Shown: positions 53,730 to 64,000 of the stretch, piece after piece
Layout of the letters: every line of letters begins with the position of its first letter
Position numbering within the stretch: position 1 is the stretch's first letter
Assembly (NCBI GenBank): GCA_963664435.2
Contig: CAXXKM010000003.1
Location: 384,001 to 448,000 of the forward strand
DNA: 64,000 nt
Direction: 5' to 3'
Source: Longimicrobiales bacterium
GTDB taxonomy: Bacteria > Gemmatimonadota > Gemmatimonadetes > Longimicrobiales > Gaopeijiaceae
The notes under the pieces: generated by a model
Databases searched by the model: none
Told to the model about the DNA's origin: nothing
What the model saw: only the letters and a program-made list of their open reading frames with translations
Translations under genes and position numbers: made by a program

Positions 53730-54971
53730 TCAGCGCTCGATTGGGTAGACCTTGACCAGAGTTTCGTCAAAAACGCCCTTTTCCCGGACGAGTACCCGGT
53801 CCTCCGAAATATCCAGAACGTGCAGGCTCGCAGGCATCTCGATCCGCTTCTTCCGTTCCCGCGCCTCGCTGAAACCGACCCAGACCACTTGGTCTTGAAG
53901 CGGGTCAGGGTACTCCCGGATCCACAGAAGGCCGTCGGCGCCGCCCTTCATAGCGGAAAAGCCGGGAAGGGTGGGGCGCGCCGGCAGGTCCTCAAGCAGG
54001 CGGAGTTCGAATTCCGCCATGCTCAAGAGGAAGTTCCTTCCGCCGAGGAATATCTTCCCCGGCTCGGTACTCTCTAGACGCGCTCGTATAGTGTCCCTGA
54101 CGAACTGCACCCAGGCTGCCGCCGCGCCCTCTCGGGGCTGCTCGAATGAAACGTCCACGGCGGTTCCGGCCTCGTCGTAGCGCGTGATCGTGATCGAGTC
54201 GGTCGTCGCCAAGTAGGCGTAGCGGTCGGTGACGGCAGAGACGGCAGTCCGTCCGAAGATCACGGGTAGCCCGCCGTGCCTTCGCCCGCCGTCAGTTACC
54301 TCCCTCGCCGCCCACTTCTCTTCACCTGGACGGGTGCCCTCGAAGAGGACCTCCCCGTCAGAGAGACGAGCGATCTCATATGCCACCCGCAACCGGATCT
54401 CCATCGGCCTAACGGCTGTGGGCCCCGGGAATCCCCGCTCCGAAATTTCGAGCAGCACGCTGTTTCCGAAGACGCCAACGATCCTGCTCCTTCCACGACG
54501 TGGTCTGAGCGTCGTTTCGCCGATGTACCCCCCGGAGGAGTCGAGTCGGGTTACTCGGAAATGGTTTCCGTCCCAAGTGACCAGTCCATCCGCGTGGCGA
54601 GCGATCCCGGCCAGATTCTTGTACTCGCCGGGACCAGATCCAAACCTGCCGTGCCGAGAAAGCAGCCGGCCCGCAGCATCCAGGATCAGGACTTCGCGCG
54701 ACAGGCTATTCGCGATAGCGATGCCATCGCCGAAGAAGACCGCGCCGCGGACCACATCCAGCGGGAGGGACTCGTCCAATCCCACCACCAGGCTTGGTTC
54801 CGCGGCGATCCGAAACGACTCGTCACCAGGCCACGAGGAGAACAGGTCCGCGGCCGCCGCGTTACCCGTCGCCCCAGGGTCCGATGCGTCGCCCAGGCAG
54901 GCGGCGCAGAGCACCAGACAGGAAACGGCGAGCATCGGTGTCGCCAGCGGTCCATATAGGGCGTCCGCCAC
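53730..54971 (-). CDS. Hypothetical beta-propeller-like lipoprotein
   Basis: CAAC lipobox-like; GRFGSGPGEY, DGLLWIREY motifs. Confidence 0.65.
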   Translation of the reverse strand: MADALYGPLATPMLAVSCLVLCAACLGDASDPGATGNAAAADLFSSWPGDESFRIAAEPSLVVGLDESLPLDVVRGAVFFGDGIAIANSLSREVLILDAAGRLLSRHGRFGSGPGEYKNLAGIARHADGLVTWDGNHFRVTRLDSSGGYIGETTLRPRRGRSRIVGVFGNSVLLEISERGFPGPTAVRPMEIRLRVAYEIARLSDGEVLFEGTRPGEEKWAAREVTDGGRRHGGLPVIFGRTAVSAVTDRYAYLATTDSITITRYDEAGTAVDVSFEQPREGAAAAWVQFVRDTIRARLESTEPGKIFLGGRNFLLSMAEFELRLLEDLPARPTLPGFSAMKGGADGLLWIREYPDPLQDQVVWVGFSEARERKKRIEMPASLHVLDISEDRVLVREKGVFDETLVKVYPIER

Positions 54972-54978
54972 GGCCGTT

Positions 54979-55145
54979 CTAGCGCGACCGTTCGATCAGC
55001 TCGCGGAGCTGTTCCTCGTTCGCGTATCCGACATGCTCCGCGAACCGGCTAATCCGAGCGCGCAGGGTCTCGAAGTAGGTTGTGTCGGCCATGACCGAGG
55101 GTGGCGACTCCGCGCCTTCAAGCAGGAGGTTGCGAAGTTGCCGCC
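54979..55145 (-). pseudogene. ParD-like antitoxin C-terminal remnant
   Basis: QLRNLLLEGAESPP..YFETLRARI. Confidence 0.35.
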
Positions 55146-55268
55146 CATCTCGGTCGTCGCGAGTCGATTCCCGTTTTGCCATTCGTTCGCCCCCGGTTTC
55201 TCACCATCGTTCTACGGCATCCATCGAGTAGTCTACCCTGTGCAGCGGTGGCAGGCACCGCCCTGTAC

Positions 55269-55283
55269 ATCCCGATTCGGGAT
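55269..55283. promoter_or_regulatory. Palindromic operator of higBA
   Basis: ATCCCGA-T-TCGGGAT just upstream of the higB start. Confidence 0.55.
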
Positions 55284-55301
55284 AACTAGTTTGGGTACGT
55301 C

Positions 55302-55339
55302 ATGCGGATCATCGCAAAGAGGACGCCTCCCAGGTGTAG
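55302..55339 (+). pseudogene. higB: HigB toxin almost entirely deleted
   Basis: ATG..MRIIAKRT fused through GACGC to DASQV* in another frame. Confidence 0.6.
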
Positions 55340-55348
55340 GAGTCCAGG

Positions 55349-55720
55349 ATGACCATTAGACCTATCAGAAGCGAAGCCGACTACGACGAGGCGCTGGCTG
55401 AGATCGACCGCCTCATGGGGGCTACCCCGGGGACGCCGGAGTCCGATAAGCTGGAGATCCTGGTGACCCTCGTCGAACGGTACGAATCGGAGTACTGGGC
55501 CATCGAGGCTCCGGATCCGATTTCGGCGATCCATCACGTCATGGAGGCCCGTGGCCTGCGCCAGAAGGACCTTGCCGCACTCATCGGGTCGCAGTCCCAC
55601 GCGTCGGAAGTACTTCGCCGCCGTCGGCCCCTCTCCCTGGCGATGATTCGGGTGCTGGCTCGGGAATGGAGCCTTCCCGCTGACGTGCTGGTGCGAGAGT
55701 ACGAGCTGGCGACTGGCTGA
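55349..55720 (+). CDS. higA: HigA-family HTH antitoxin
   Basis: IRPIRSEADYDEAL..PDPISAI..GLRQKDL..SEVL.RRRPLSLAMIR. Confidence 0.9.
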   Translation: MTIRPIRSEADYDEALAEIDRLMGATPGTPESDKLEILVTLVERYESEYWAIEAPDPISAIHHVMEARGLRQKDLAALIGSQSHASEVLRRRRPLSLAMIRVLAREWSLPADVLVREYELATG

Positions 55721-55845
55721 GGGCTGACCTCCATCCCGTTCTGAGAGACCCCGGACGGACCATCCCCCGCCCTGTGCATCCCGAACCGGTGCGGCTAGTC
55801 TTGAAGTGAACACCGAACGCCAGTCGACCGAACACCCGGGAACAC

Positions 55846-56361
55846 ATGCTCATCTCCTTCACCCACCGCCCCCTCTCCGCCCTCATCCTCCTCCCCCTCG
55901 CCCTTGCCCTGGCGGCCTGCGGCGGCGACGAGAGCGGCCCCGCCGAAGTCGTCCTTCAGGACCCGGCCGACCTTACATACGCCTCGTCCCTGGGCGTGGA
56001 CCTCTCCGCGATGGAGCTGCAGTCGTCCGGGCTCTACATCAGGGACCTCCAGGTAGGCGAGGGCGACCCCACCGTCGCTGGCGACGTCATGGTCGTCCAC
56101 TACAGCGGCTGGATTAACGACGGCACGCTCTTCGACTCCTCCCGCAACCCCGGGCGCGACCCGTTCCCCGTGAGGGTCGGCGCTGGCAGCGTCATCGCCG
56201 GATGGGAGGAGGGCCTGGTGGGCATGAGGGTCGGCGGCGTGCGCCAGCTCGTCATCCCCCCGCAACTCGCCTACGGCGCCCAGGCCGCGGGCCCCCTCAT
56301 CCCCGCCGGCTCGGTGCTCATCTTCGAGGTCGAGCTGCTGGAGGTGAACCCGGGGTCGTAG
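55846..56361 (+). CDS. FKBP-type peptidyl-prolyl isomerase (lipoprotein)
   Basis: LAAC; VHYSGW..FDSS, VIAGWEEG, LAYG, LIFEVEL. Confidence 0.93.
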   Translation: MLISFTHRPLSALILLPLALALAACGGDESGPAEVVLQDPADLTYASSLGVDLSAMELQSSGLYIRDLQVGEGDPTVAGDVMVVHYSGWINDGTLFDSSRNPGRDPFPVRVGAGSVIAGWEEGLVGMRVGGVRQLVIPPQLAYGAQAAGPLIPAGSVLIFEVELLEVNPGS

Positions 56362-56429
56362 CGGGCCCACGCCGCGGTCATTGCGGGCGGCGGCGGTCGC
56401 GGGAAAGCGGCGCCGCGTCGTCCCGCGCC

Positions 56430-56984
56430 CTACAGCTTCGGCAGCGTAACCCCTTTCTGGTTCTGGTACTTGCCCTTCCGGTCCGCGTACGCCACCCGCG
56501 GCTCCCGGTCGCCCTGCAGGAAGAGCAGCTGCGCGATGCCCTCGTTGGCGTAGATCTTCGCGGGCAGCGGCGTCGTGTTCGAGATCTCGAGCGTCAGGTG
56601 GCCGCACCAGGTGGGTTCCAGCGGCGTCACGTTGACGATGATCCCGCAGCGCGCGTACGTCGACTTGCCCACGCACACCACCAGCGTGTCCCGCGGGATG
56701 CGGAAGTACTCGACGGTGCGTCCCAGGGCGAAGGAGTTGGGCGGGATGATGCACGCATCCTCGGGGATGTCCACGAAGGAGCGGTCGTCGAAGCCCTTGG
56801 GATCGACGATCACGTTGTGGACGTTGGTGAACACCTTGAAGTCGGCGGCGACGCGGATGTCGTAGCCGTAGGACGACAGGCCGTACGAGATGCATCCATC
56901 GCGCACCTGTCCGGCCTCGAACGGCTCGATCATCCCGTGCTCCTCCGACATCTTCTGAATCCAGTGGTCGCTTCGGATTGGCAT
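56430..56984 (-). CDS. dcd: dCTP deaminase
   Basis: [33 protein letters not shown]. Confidence 0.95.
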   Translation of the reverse strand: MPIRSDHWIQKMSEEHGMIEPFEAGQVRDGCISYGLSSYGYDIRVAADFKVFTNVHNVIVDPKGFDDRSFVDIPEDACIIPPNSFALGRTVEYFRIPRDTLVVCVGKSTYARCGIIVNVTPLEPTWCGHLTLEISNTTPLPAKIYANEGIAQLLFLQGDREPRVAYADRKGKYQNQKGVTLPKL

Positions 56985-57255
56985 GCGGGATCGAGGAGGG
57001 AACGGGTTCAGGAGGAGGCCCGCCAGGCGCCGGCGCGCGGCCCGCGGCGGACGATGGCGAGGCAACATAGGAAGACGGCTCGCGGATGCCAAACCGGCAG
57101 GCGCTGCGGTCCCTCCGTGCCGGCTCCCCCTCCACGGGCGCCCGGATGCGGGATCGGGACGCGGTCCGCAGGCGTCATTGTATCGCCCTGCGCTCGCGCG
57201 TTATCCTTCCGCCAGCCAGAGGGAATCGACGCGGGCATCCACCGGAGGAACATCC

Positions 57256-58038
57256 ATGCGTGCACTGACAGGACTGGGAACGCTGCTCGCGGCGCTGGCC
57301 CTCGCCGGCGGCGCCGAACTCTCCGCCCAGGCCGGCTCCGGCCCGGACTCCGCCGATCCGGACGCGATGGCCCTGGTCGACGCCTGGATCGAATCGGTCG
57401 GCGGCATGGAGACCTACGCCGGGTTCCACAGCGCCCGCTACACCTTCACCACCGAGCTCTACGACCCCGAGACCGGCCGCATGCGCCGCGCCCGCCCGCG
57501 CTACGTCACCATCGCCCGCACCGAGATGGGCGAGCTGGCGCGCATCGACCGCTGGGAGGGCAACGACTACATCCAGCAGGGCTGGGACGGGGTCGCCGAC
57601 TGGGCCGTCCGCAACGGCGAGCCGCTCGAACCCGGAGACCGCGACCGCGACGAGGTGCGCTACGTTTCGGGCGACGTCAACTACTGGATGGCGCTCCCCT
57701 TCAAGCTGCGCGACCCCGGCGTGAACCTCTCCTACCAGGGGCGAGACGCCCAGGACCGCCACGACGTCATGGTCACCTTCGGCGAGGGGGTCGGCAGCGA
57801 CGTCTGGCACTACTATTTCGAGGACGGGCGCACCTGGCCGGCCGAGGTGACCTACCAGACCGGCGGAACCGGCGGCGTCGACCACAACCGGTGGACGGAC
57901 CTGCGCACCGACGAGGGCTATCCCTACGTCGGTGCCCGCGTCCACGTCAGGCAGGGCCGGGTGTGGAAGATCCTGCGCATGAGCGAAGTCGAGATCAATC
58001 CCGCGGACCTCGACATGGCGGTGTTCTCGCGCCCCTAG
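57256..58038 (+). CDS. Hypothetical exported protein
   Basis: GGAGG RBS, signal peptide, [10 protein letters not shown] motif. Confidence 0.75.
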   Translation: MRALTGLGTLLAALALAGGAELSAQAGSGPDSADPDAMALVDAWIESVGGMETYAGFHSARYTFTTELYDPETGRMRRARPRYVTIARTEMGELARIDRWEGNDYIQQGWDGVADWAVRNGEPLEPGDRDRDEVRYVSGDVNYWMALPFKLRDPGVNLSYQGRDAQDRHDVMVTFGEGVGSDVWHYYFEDGRTWPAEVTYQTGGTGGVDHNRWTDLRTDEGYPYVGARVHVRQGRVWKILRMSEVEINPADLDMAVFSRP

Positions 58039-58964
58039 CTGAGCGCCGCCATCGTCGAACGCACGTGCTCGGCGCTGCCGTCGAGCATCGCCTGCTCCTC
58101 GTCGGAGAGCTTCAGCTCGACCACCTCCACGAGCCCGCCCGCGCCCAGCTTGCACGGCACCCCGAGGAAGATGCCCTCGTGGCCGTACTCTCCCTCCAGG
58201 TACGCCGCGCACGGCAGGATGCGCCGCTTGTTCTTCACGATCGCCTCGGCCATCTGCACCGCGGCCGCGGACGGCGCGTAGTAGGCGCTCCCGGTCTTCA
58301 GGTACCCGACGATCTCCGCGCCCCCGTTGCGGGTCCGCTCGAGGAGCGCGTCGATGCGCTCGCGCGGCAGCAGCTCCGTCAGCGGGATCCCGCTCACCGA
58401 GGTGTAGTTCACCAGCGGCACCATGGTATCGCCGTGCCCGCCCAGCACCAGCGCCTGGATGTCGGCGACGCTCACGTCCAGCTCCAGCGCCACGAAGGAG
58501 CGATAGCGGGCCGTATCCAGCACCCCGGCCATGCCGATCACGCGCTCGCGCGGGAATCCCGTGGTATCGAGCGCCACGTGGGCCATCACGTCCAGGGGGT
58601 TCGAGACCATCATGACGATCGAGTCGGGCGCGACCCGGGCGATTTCCGACGACACCGACGCCACGATGCGGGCGTTCGTGTTCAACAGATCGTCGCGCGA
58701 CATCCCCGGCTTGCGCGCGATGCCGGCCGTGACGATGAAGATGTCGGACCCGGCCGCGGGCTCGTAGTCGTTGGCCCCGACGACGCGCGTGTCGAACCCC
58801 TCGATGGGCGCGCTCTCCCACTGGTCCAGCGCCTTCCCCTGGGGAATGCCGTCGATGATGTCGATGAGGACGACTTCCTCCGCCAGCTCCTTCTCCGCCA
58901 GCCGCTGGGCGCAGCTCTCGCCCACATGGCCGGCGCCAACCACGGTGATCTTTCGTGCGCTCAT
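58035..58964 (-). CDS. mdh: Malate dehydrogenase (LDH-like)
   Basis: [27 protein letters not shown]. Confidence 0.96.
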   Translation of the reverse strand: MSARKITVVGAGHVGESCAQRLAEKELAEEVVLIDIIDGIPQGKALDQWESAPIEGFDTRVVGANDYEPAAGSDIFIVTAGIARKPGMSRDDLLNTNARIVASVSSEIARVAPDSIVMMVSNPLDVMAHVALDTTGFPRERVIGMAGVLDTARYRSFVALELDVSVADIQALVLGGHGDTMVPLVNYTSVSGIPLTELLPRERIDALLERTRNGGAEIVGYLKTGSAYYAPSAAAVQMAEAIVKNKRRILPCAAYLEGEYGHEGIFLGVPCKLGAGGLVEVVELKLSDEEQAMLDGSAEHVRSTMAALS

Positions 58965-59037
58965 GGAGTTTCTCGCAATCCTCCCAAAAGACAGGGTGTG
59001 AGTAGGAATTCGGCGGAGGCGGGGCTGCGGCCGGTCA

Positions 59038-60087
59038 CTACCCGCCGGTCTGGCTCAGCGCGATCAGCCCGCCGGAGCCCTCGGCGCTCCCCTGCACCAG
59101 CCAGTGGCGCTCGGGCTTGATGCGCAGGGTTTCCTCGACGAGCGGCCGGACATCCTCGCCGCCGCGCAGCGCGCTCCGCAGGTCGGTCTGGATCGAGCCG
59201 AACAGGCATGGCCGCAACTGCCCGTCCGCGGTGAGCCGCATGCGGTTGCAGCGGTCGCAGAAGTTGTGGCTCATCGGGGTGATGACGCCGATGGTGCCGG
59301 GCGCGCCGTCGAAGCGGTAGTAGGTCGCCGGGCCGTTGCCCAGCGGGCCGTCGACGGGCTTCAGGTCGCCCAGCTGCCGCACCCGCTCGAGCGCCTCGTT
59401 GCACGAGATGAAGCTCTCCGCCGACAGGTCGGTGTTGGAGCCGGTGGGCATGATTTCGATGAAGCGGATGTGCCAGGGGCGCTCGCGGGTGATAGCCGCG
59501 AAGTCCGCGATCTCGTCGTCGTTGGAGTCGCGCATCAGCACGACGTTGAGCTTGATGGGGTCGAAGCCGACCACCTCCGCCGCGTTCAGCCCCCGCAGCA
59601 CCTTGTCGAGCGTGCCCGGCCGCCGGGCGATGGTGTCGGCCCGGTCCGCGCGCAGCGAATCGAGCGAGATGTTGACCCGGTCGACCCCCGCCGCCTTCAG
59701 GTCCTCCGCCTGGTCCTCGAGCAGCACCGCGTTCGTCGAAAGGGCGATGTTCTCGATGCCGTCGATGGCCGAGAGCATGCGGATCAGCGATGAGAGGTCG
59801 CGGCGCACCAGCGGCTCGCCCCCGGTGATGCGCAGCCGCCTGAGCCCCATCTTCGCCATCACCCGCACCACGCGCGCGATCTCCTCGTAGTCCAGGATCT
59901 CGTCGCGCTTGAGCCACGGCAGCCCCTCGACGGGCATGCAGTAGACGCAGCGCAGGTTGCACTTGTCGGTGACCGAGATGCGCAGGTACTCGATGCGCCG
60001 CCCGAAAGAGTCGACCATGGAGCGCGAGGCGGCGGCAGCGGGCAGGCTCCGCACCTTCGAAGAATCCGGCCTGGTCTCAGCAATCAT
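59038..60087 (-). CDS. moaA: GTP 3',8-cyclase
   Basis: CNLRCVYC radical [13 protein letters not shown]-terminal GG. Confidence 0.96.
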   Translation of the reverse strand: MIAETRPDSSKVRSLPAAAASRSMVDSFGRRIEYLRISVTDKCNLRCVYCMPVEGLPWLKRDEILDYEEIARVVRVMAKMGLRRLRITGGEPLVRRDLSSLIRMLSAIDGIENIALSTNAVLLEDQAEDLKAAGVDRVNISLDSLRADRADTIARRPGTLDKVLRGLNAAEVVGFDPIKLNVVLMRDSNDDEIADFAAITRERPWHIRFIEIMPTGSNTDLSAESFISCNEALERVRQLGDLKPVDGPLGNGPATYYRFDGAPGTIGVITPMSHNFCDRCNRMRLTADGQLRPCLFGSIQTDLRSALRGGEDVRPLVEETLRIKPERHWLVQGSAEGSGGLIALSQTGG

Positions 60088-60115
60088 CGGGCGCTCCTGG
60101 GTGCGCGGCGGATGC

Positions 60116-60583
60116 TCACGGGTCGCCGGCACCGGAATCGGGGGCCGGGCTTCCGTCGGCAGGGGGAACCGTACCCCTCACCCACCGGGGGGCTCCTTCA
60201 ACGTAAAACTCCTTTTTCCAGACCGGAAGCCGCCGCTTGATCTCTTCCATGACGTAGCGGGAGGCGCCGTATGCCTCCGCCCGGTGCGGGCTCGAGACCG
60301 CCACCACCACGCTGACCTCGCCGATCTCGAGCGCCCCCAGGCGATGCGCGACCGCCAGGTTGGGGGTGGAGAAGCGCTCGCTCGCTTCCTCGGCGATGCG
60401 GCGCAGCACCTCGAGCGCCATCTCCTCGTAGCCCTCGTACTGCATCCCCGACACCGATCGTCCGTCGGCGTGGTTGCGCACCGTGCCCAGGAACAGGAGC
60501 ACGGCGCCGTCTTCGGGCGAGCCCACCCGCGCCCGCAAACCGGCGGGTTCGAGTGGCTCGGAGGTGATCTCCGCGTAGGGCAT
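60116..60583 (-). CDS. moaE: Molybdopterin synthase catalytic subunit
   Basis: FLGTVRN, HRLG, SPHR, PVWKKE. Confidence 0.95.
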   Translation of the reverse strand: MPYAEITSEPLEPAGLRARVGSPEDGAVLLFLGTVRNHADGRSVSGMQYEGYEEMALEVLRRIAEEASERFSTPNLAVAHRLGALEIGEVSVVVAVSSPHRAEAYGASRYVMEEIKRRLPVWKKEFYVEGAPRWVRGTVPPADGSPAPDSGAGDP

Positions 60584-60590
60584 TGCGCGC

Positions 60591-60836
60591 TCAGCCGCCG
60601 GCCACCGGCGGGATGAAGGCCACCTCGTCTCCGTCGCGCAGCCCGGCGTCGGTGGGGGCGTATTCGAGGTTGACCGCGACCGCGGGCTTCGGCGGGAGCG
60701 CGGCGAAGGACGGCCCGCGCGCGCGCAGGGCGTCGATGAGATCGGCCACCGTGGCGCCCTCGGGGAGGTCGACCTCGGTGTGCGAAGCGCCGGTCAGTTC
60801 GCGATACGCGGCGAAGAAGCGCGCCTGTACCCGCAA
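60591..60836 (-). CDS. moaD: Molybdopterin synthase sulfur carrier
   Basis: RFFAAYRE..AVN..GDEVAFIPPVAGG. Confidence 0.92.
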   Translation of the reverse strand: MRVQARFFAAYRELTGASHTEVDLPEGATVADLIDALRARGPSFAALPPKPAVAVNLEYAPTDAGLRDGDEVAFIPPVAGG

Positions 60837-60852
60837 GGGACGGCCCCCGCGC

Positions 60853-61155
60853 TCAACCGCCCGAATCGTCGTCCAGGCGAACGACCTGCGAGCGGAGCAG
60901 CCGGGACGGCTTGAAGACCGGGACCGCGCGGGCGGGCACCCGCACGGGATCTCCGGTGCGGGGATTGCGCGCCATGCGCGCCTTGCGCCGGCGCACCTTG
61001 AAGGTGCCAAAGCCTCTGATCTCGATGTTCTCGCCGCTGGCCACGGCCTGCTTGATGGCGTTCAGGAAGCCATCCACCACAAGTGCGCAGTCCTTCCTGG
61101 TGATGCCGGGTCCGATGGCGTCCGCAACTTGCTGGACGAGATCCGCTTTGGTCAT
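60853..61155 (-). CDS. HU/IHF-family DNA-binding protein
   Basis: MTKADLV, IRGFGTF, ARNPRTG. Confidence 0.93.
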   Translation of the reverse strand: MTKADLVQQVADAIGPGITRKDCALVVDGFLNAIKQAVASGENIEIRGFGTFKVRRRKARMARNPRTGDPVRVPARAVPVFKPSRLLRSQVVRLDDDSGG

Positions 61156-61432
61156 GCGAAGCCTGTGGGAATCAGAAGCTGATGAGAAGACGATGTTCGC
61201 CGGGGGATCCGCAGTCCCCACTGCGAAATTGTGGCATGAACCTCGGTGTTCCGGCGCCCTGATGGGATCATACCGGCGCGCGGGCACGGGGCTTAGGGTA
61301 CGGGCAATCCGGAGGAGCGTCAAGCATCGCGGCTTCGCCTTTGCGGCTTGCCGTGCCCCCCGCCGCCACTGCGTCGCGCGGTGCAATATGAGCCTGTACG
61401 GGACTCGCGCAAGGTGGCGTTCGCCCGTCCGT

Positions 61433-62554
61433 CTAGCCGGACGCTTCCATGAGCGAAACGAAGTCGTCGAACAGGTAGCGGCTGTCGTGCGGGCCGGGCG
61501 CCGCCTCCGGATGATACTGCACGCAAAAGACCGGGAGGGAGCGGTGGGCCATGCCTTCGACGGTGCCGTCGTAGAGGTTGACGTGGGTGAGGCGCAGCTC
61601 CGGGGCTCCCGGGATTTCGTCCCCGTCTCCTCCCCTGACGGCGAAGCCGTGGTTCTGCGAGGTGATCTCCACCGTGCCCAGCTCCAGGTTGCGCACCGGA
61701 TGGTTGGCGCCGTGATGTCCGAAGGGGAGCTTGAAGGTCTCCGCTCCGAAGGCGCGCGCGATCAGTTGGTGGCCGAGGCAGATGCCGAACACCGGCACGC
61801 CCTCGCGCGCGCAGCGGCGGATGGTCCCGATGGCCATCTCCACCGCGGCGGGGTCGCCCGGGCCGTTGGACACGAAGAGCCCGTCGGGCCGTTCGCGCGC
61901 GATCTCCTCCGCGGACGTGTCGGCGGGGACGACGGTCACCTCGCACCCGCGCTCGGCCAGGAGCCGCGGCGAGTTGGCCTTCACCCCCAGGTCGTAGGCG
62001 AAGACCCGGAACCGGGTCCGGTCCTTTGGCTCGACCACGTAGCGCTCCGGGGTCGAGACCCCGCAGGCCAGGTCGAGTCCCTCCATGCGGGGATGGGCGC
62101 GGATGCGCTCGAGCAGCGCCTTCTCGTCGGTGCGGGCGTCGGCGATGGCGGCGCGCATGGCTCCCGCCGCACGGATGTGGCGGGTCACCGCGCGCGTGTC
62201 CACCGACTGGATGCCGACCACGCCGTGGCGGATCAGGTAGTCCTCCAGCCCGGCGTCGGCTCTCCAGGAGCTGTGTGCGCGCGCGACTTCGCGCACCACG
62301 AAGCCGGCCGCGGCGGGACGCGACGACTCCTGGTCGGCATCGTTTACGCCGTAGTTGCCGATGAGCGGGTAGGTCATCGTCACCAGCTGCCCCGTGTAGG
62401 ACGGGTCGGTGAGGATCTCCTGGTAGCCGGTCATCGCCGTGTTGAAGACGATCTCGCCGAGGGTCTGTCCGCGCTTCCCAAGGAAGAACCCGTCGAAGCG
62501 CCGTCCGTCTTCCAGGAGCAGGCATGCTTCGGCGCGCTGGCTGGTCTGGATCAA
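61433..62554 (-). CDS. carA: Carbamoyl-phosphate synthase small subunit
   Basis: GYQEILTDPSY, SNGPGDP, GICLGHQ, QYHPE. Confidence 0.97.
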   Translation of the reverse strand: MIQTSQRAEACLLLEDGRRFDGFFLGKRGQTLGEIVFNTAMTGYQEILTDPSYTGQLVTMTYPLIGNYGVNDADQESSRPAAAGFVVREVARAHSSWRADAGLEDYLIRHGVVGIQSVDTRAVTRHIRAAGAMRAAIADARTDEKALLERIRAHPRMEGLDLACGVSTPERYVVEPKDRTRFRVFAYDLGVKANSPRLLAERGCEVTVVPADTSAEEIARERPDGLFVSNGPGDPAAVEMAIGTIRRCAREGVPVFGICLGHQLIARAFGAETFKLPFGHHGANHPVRNLELGTVEITSQNHGFAVRGGDGDEIPGAPELRLTHVNLYDGTVEGMAHRSLPVFCVQYHPEAAPGPHDSRYLFDDFVSLMEASG

Positions 62555-62659
62555 GGGCGACGGAAGGATGGAGGAGCGACTGCGGGTCGCGGGCGGAGGA
62601 GCGTCGGCAGGAATCTAGGAAGTAGCGGGCGGGCGTCCAAGGTTCCGTTAGATTGGAGC

Positions 62660-63220
62660 ATGGTCTACATCCATGCCGACGAGTCCTGCCTGGGCAACCA
62701 GTTCAGGGACCGACAGCGGCCGGGGGGCGCGGCGGGACTGCTCGAGTTCTGGCGGGGAGACGCCTGGGTTCGCAAGGACTTCTGGCTCTCCGAGCCCGAC
62801 ACCACCAACAACCGCATGGCGCTGATGAGCGCCATCGCCGGACTCGGCGCGATCCGGCGGCCGAGCCCGATCCACTTCGTCTCCGACAGCCAGTACCTGG
62901 TGCGCGGCATGAACGAGTGGGTCCGGGGATGGCGCGCCCGCGGATGGAAGCGCAAGGGGGGCACGGTGGAGAACGTCGAACTCTGGAAGCGGGCGCTCGG
63001 GCTGGCCGAATCCCACGAAGTAAGCTGGGAGTGGGTCCGCGGGCACGCGGGGAACCCCCGAAACGAATACGTGGACGTCCTCGCGGTGCGCGCCGCGACC
63101 GAGCAGCTCAACTCCGGCGGTGCGGTGCCTTCCGGCTTCGAGGAGTGGCTGGAGGAGCAGCGCGAGACGAAGGAGCGCTACTTCGACTTCTTCGAGGGAG
63201 CGCCGCCGGCGGCGCGTTAA
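62660..63220 (+). CDS. rnhA: Ribonuclease HI
   Basis: ADESCLGN, TTNNRM, SDSQY, WVRGHAG..NE. Confidence 0.93.
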   Translation: MVYIHADESCLGNQFRDRQRPGGAAGLLEFWRGDAWVRKDFWLSEPDTTNNRMALMSAIAGLGAIRRPSPIHFVSDSQYLVRGMNEWVRGWRARGWKRKGGTVENVELWKRALGLAESHEVSWEWVRGHAGNPRNEYVDVLAVRAATEQLNSGGAVPSGFEEWLEEQRETKERYFDFFEGAPPAAR

Positions 63221-63269
63221 ACAAAGCGGCCCCCCGGGTCGTCACGCCGATCCCGGGGGGCCCTCTTTT
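63219..63269. terminator. Bidirectional intrinsic terminator
   Basis: GGCCCCCCGGG..CCCGGGGGGCC stem flanked by A-rich and T-rich tracts. Confidence 0.7.
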
Positions 63270-63541
63270 CGCTGCCGGCACCAGCTCCGTTGCTTGAACC
63301 CGACCGCGTGCGGCCGACCGGCTCTGGTCCCTTTTCCCCCTCGCCGCGCAGCGTGCGGCTCAGGTGCCCCTTCGCTTTCGGGGCTACTGGCGGAGGACAG
63401 CGACCCCTCCACCGGCTCACCGGGGCTCAAGTCCCGGCTCGCGCCCGCTGTCGCGGCGTCCCGCCCAGCGAACCTCCGCTCCCAACTGCTCTCCAGGGAT
63501 GACCATCGCCATCGACTGTGAGCCTACTGCGCTCGAAGCGG
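63220..63541 (-). ncRNA. Candidate structured small RNA (6S RNA possible)
   Basis: Bounded by sigma70 promoter and terminator; no credible ORF; CTTGAGCCC/GGGTTCAAG long-range pairing plus internal hairpins. Confidence 0.4.
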
Positions 63542-63547
63542 ACTACC

Positions 63548-63576
63548 ATGCTAAGGGTTGGTTACGGCCGTGTCAA
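63548..63576 (-). promoter_or_regulatory. Sigma70-type promoter
   Basis: TTGACA-17 nt-TAGCAT. Confidence 0.65.
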
Positions 63577-63595
63577 GGGGTGGATGGGACGGATT

Positions 63596-64000
63596 TCACA
63601 GGATCCCTTCCATCTCCCTCAGGAAGAGGCGTGCGTCCAGCCAGTAGTTCGGATAGGCGCGCCGCACGTCCTCGAGCGAGTCCGTGGAAACGAGCACCGC
63701 GTCGCGGCCCTCTTCCTCGAACATGAGGTAGTCCGCGGTGGCGTCCTCGAGTTCGTCCTTGTCGTAGGGGATGATGAGCGTCGTCCTTTCGACCGGCCTG
63801 CGCTCGAGCAGGAAGTAGTAGGCGCCGATGCGCTTGAACGTCGATATGTTGCGGATGAGTTGCCCGTACTCGCGCATGCGCTCGACCACGTTCAGGCGCG
63901 TGGCGTACTCCTGCACCTCCCGATGAAGGGCCGGCTTTCGGGAAGGCGTGTCCGGGACCGTCGCACTCCCCTCCTTCAGGGCGAGCGCGGAGCTGGCCAG
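63596..64000 (-). CDS. Partial: C-terminus of RelA/SpoT-domain protein
   Basis: DAVLVSTDSLEDVRRAYPNYWLD tail typical of this family; synthetase domain outside the window. Confidence 0.6.
   Translation of the reverse strand: MASSALALKEGSATVPDTPSRKPALHREVQEYATRLNVVERMREYGQLIRNISTFKRIGAYYFLLERRPVERTTLIIPYDKDELEDATADYLMFEEEGRDAVLVSTDSLEDVRRAYPNYWLDARLFLREMEGIL

Noticed and set aside
56202..59120. 972-aa + strand ORF
   Set aside because: Overlaps dcd, mdh and others; low-complexity GC artefact
60911..62659. Apparent long N-terminal extension of RNase HI
   Set aside because: Antisense to carA and HU; real start taken as ATG 62660
63270..63460. T-box riboswitch interpretation
   Set aside because: Only loose similarity, and no co-oriented gene follows the terminator
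1..64000. CRISPR array, integron attC array, rRNA
   Set aside because: No regularly spaced repeats, convincing RYYYAAC..GTTRRYY-type attC hairpins or rRNA sequence seen by eye

Overview
High-GC bacterial chromosome segment; protein families suggest Gemmatimonadota, but that is an inference. About 2-55.7 kb is a mosaic defence/mobile island. It carries: an Hhe-like DUF4011 helicase-nuclease; a complete type I Zorya operon (zorABCD); NucS-like nucleases; a UDG-superfamily protein; an SBD-HNH (phosphorothioate-directed type) endonuclease; a frameshifted RecD-like helicase-nuclease; a frameshifted sacsin-like ATPase/DUF3883 protein; two TA modules with disabled toxins; IS630, IS21, IS3 and IS481 elements or remnants; and a decayed integrative/mobilisable element. 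About 55.8-64 kb is housekeeping (FKBP, dcd, mdh, moaA/E/D, HU, carA, rnhA, partial RelA/SpoT-domain gene). Best novelty candidates: (1) a closely spaced three-gene unit, CBS-HEPN effector + SNF2 ATPase + Hsp70/actin-fold ATPase, the last split by IS630 and restorable in frame; (2) a tRNA with an Arg-type body but a Ser (GCT) anticodon; (3) a ~120-nt structured element present three times with compensatory changes; (4) a promoter- and terminator-bounded ~320-nt non-coding transcript candidate. All calls come from manual motif recognition; no database searches were run.
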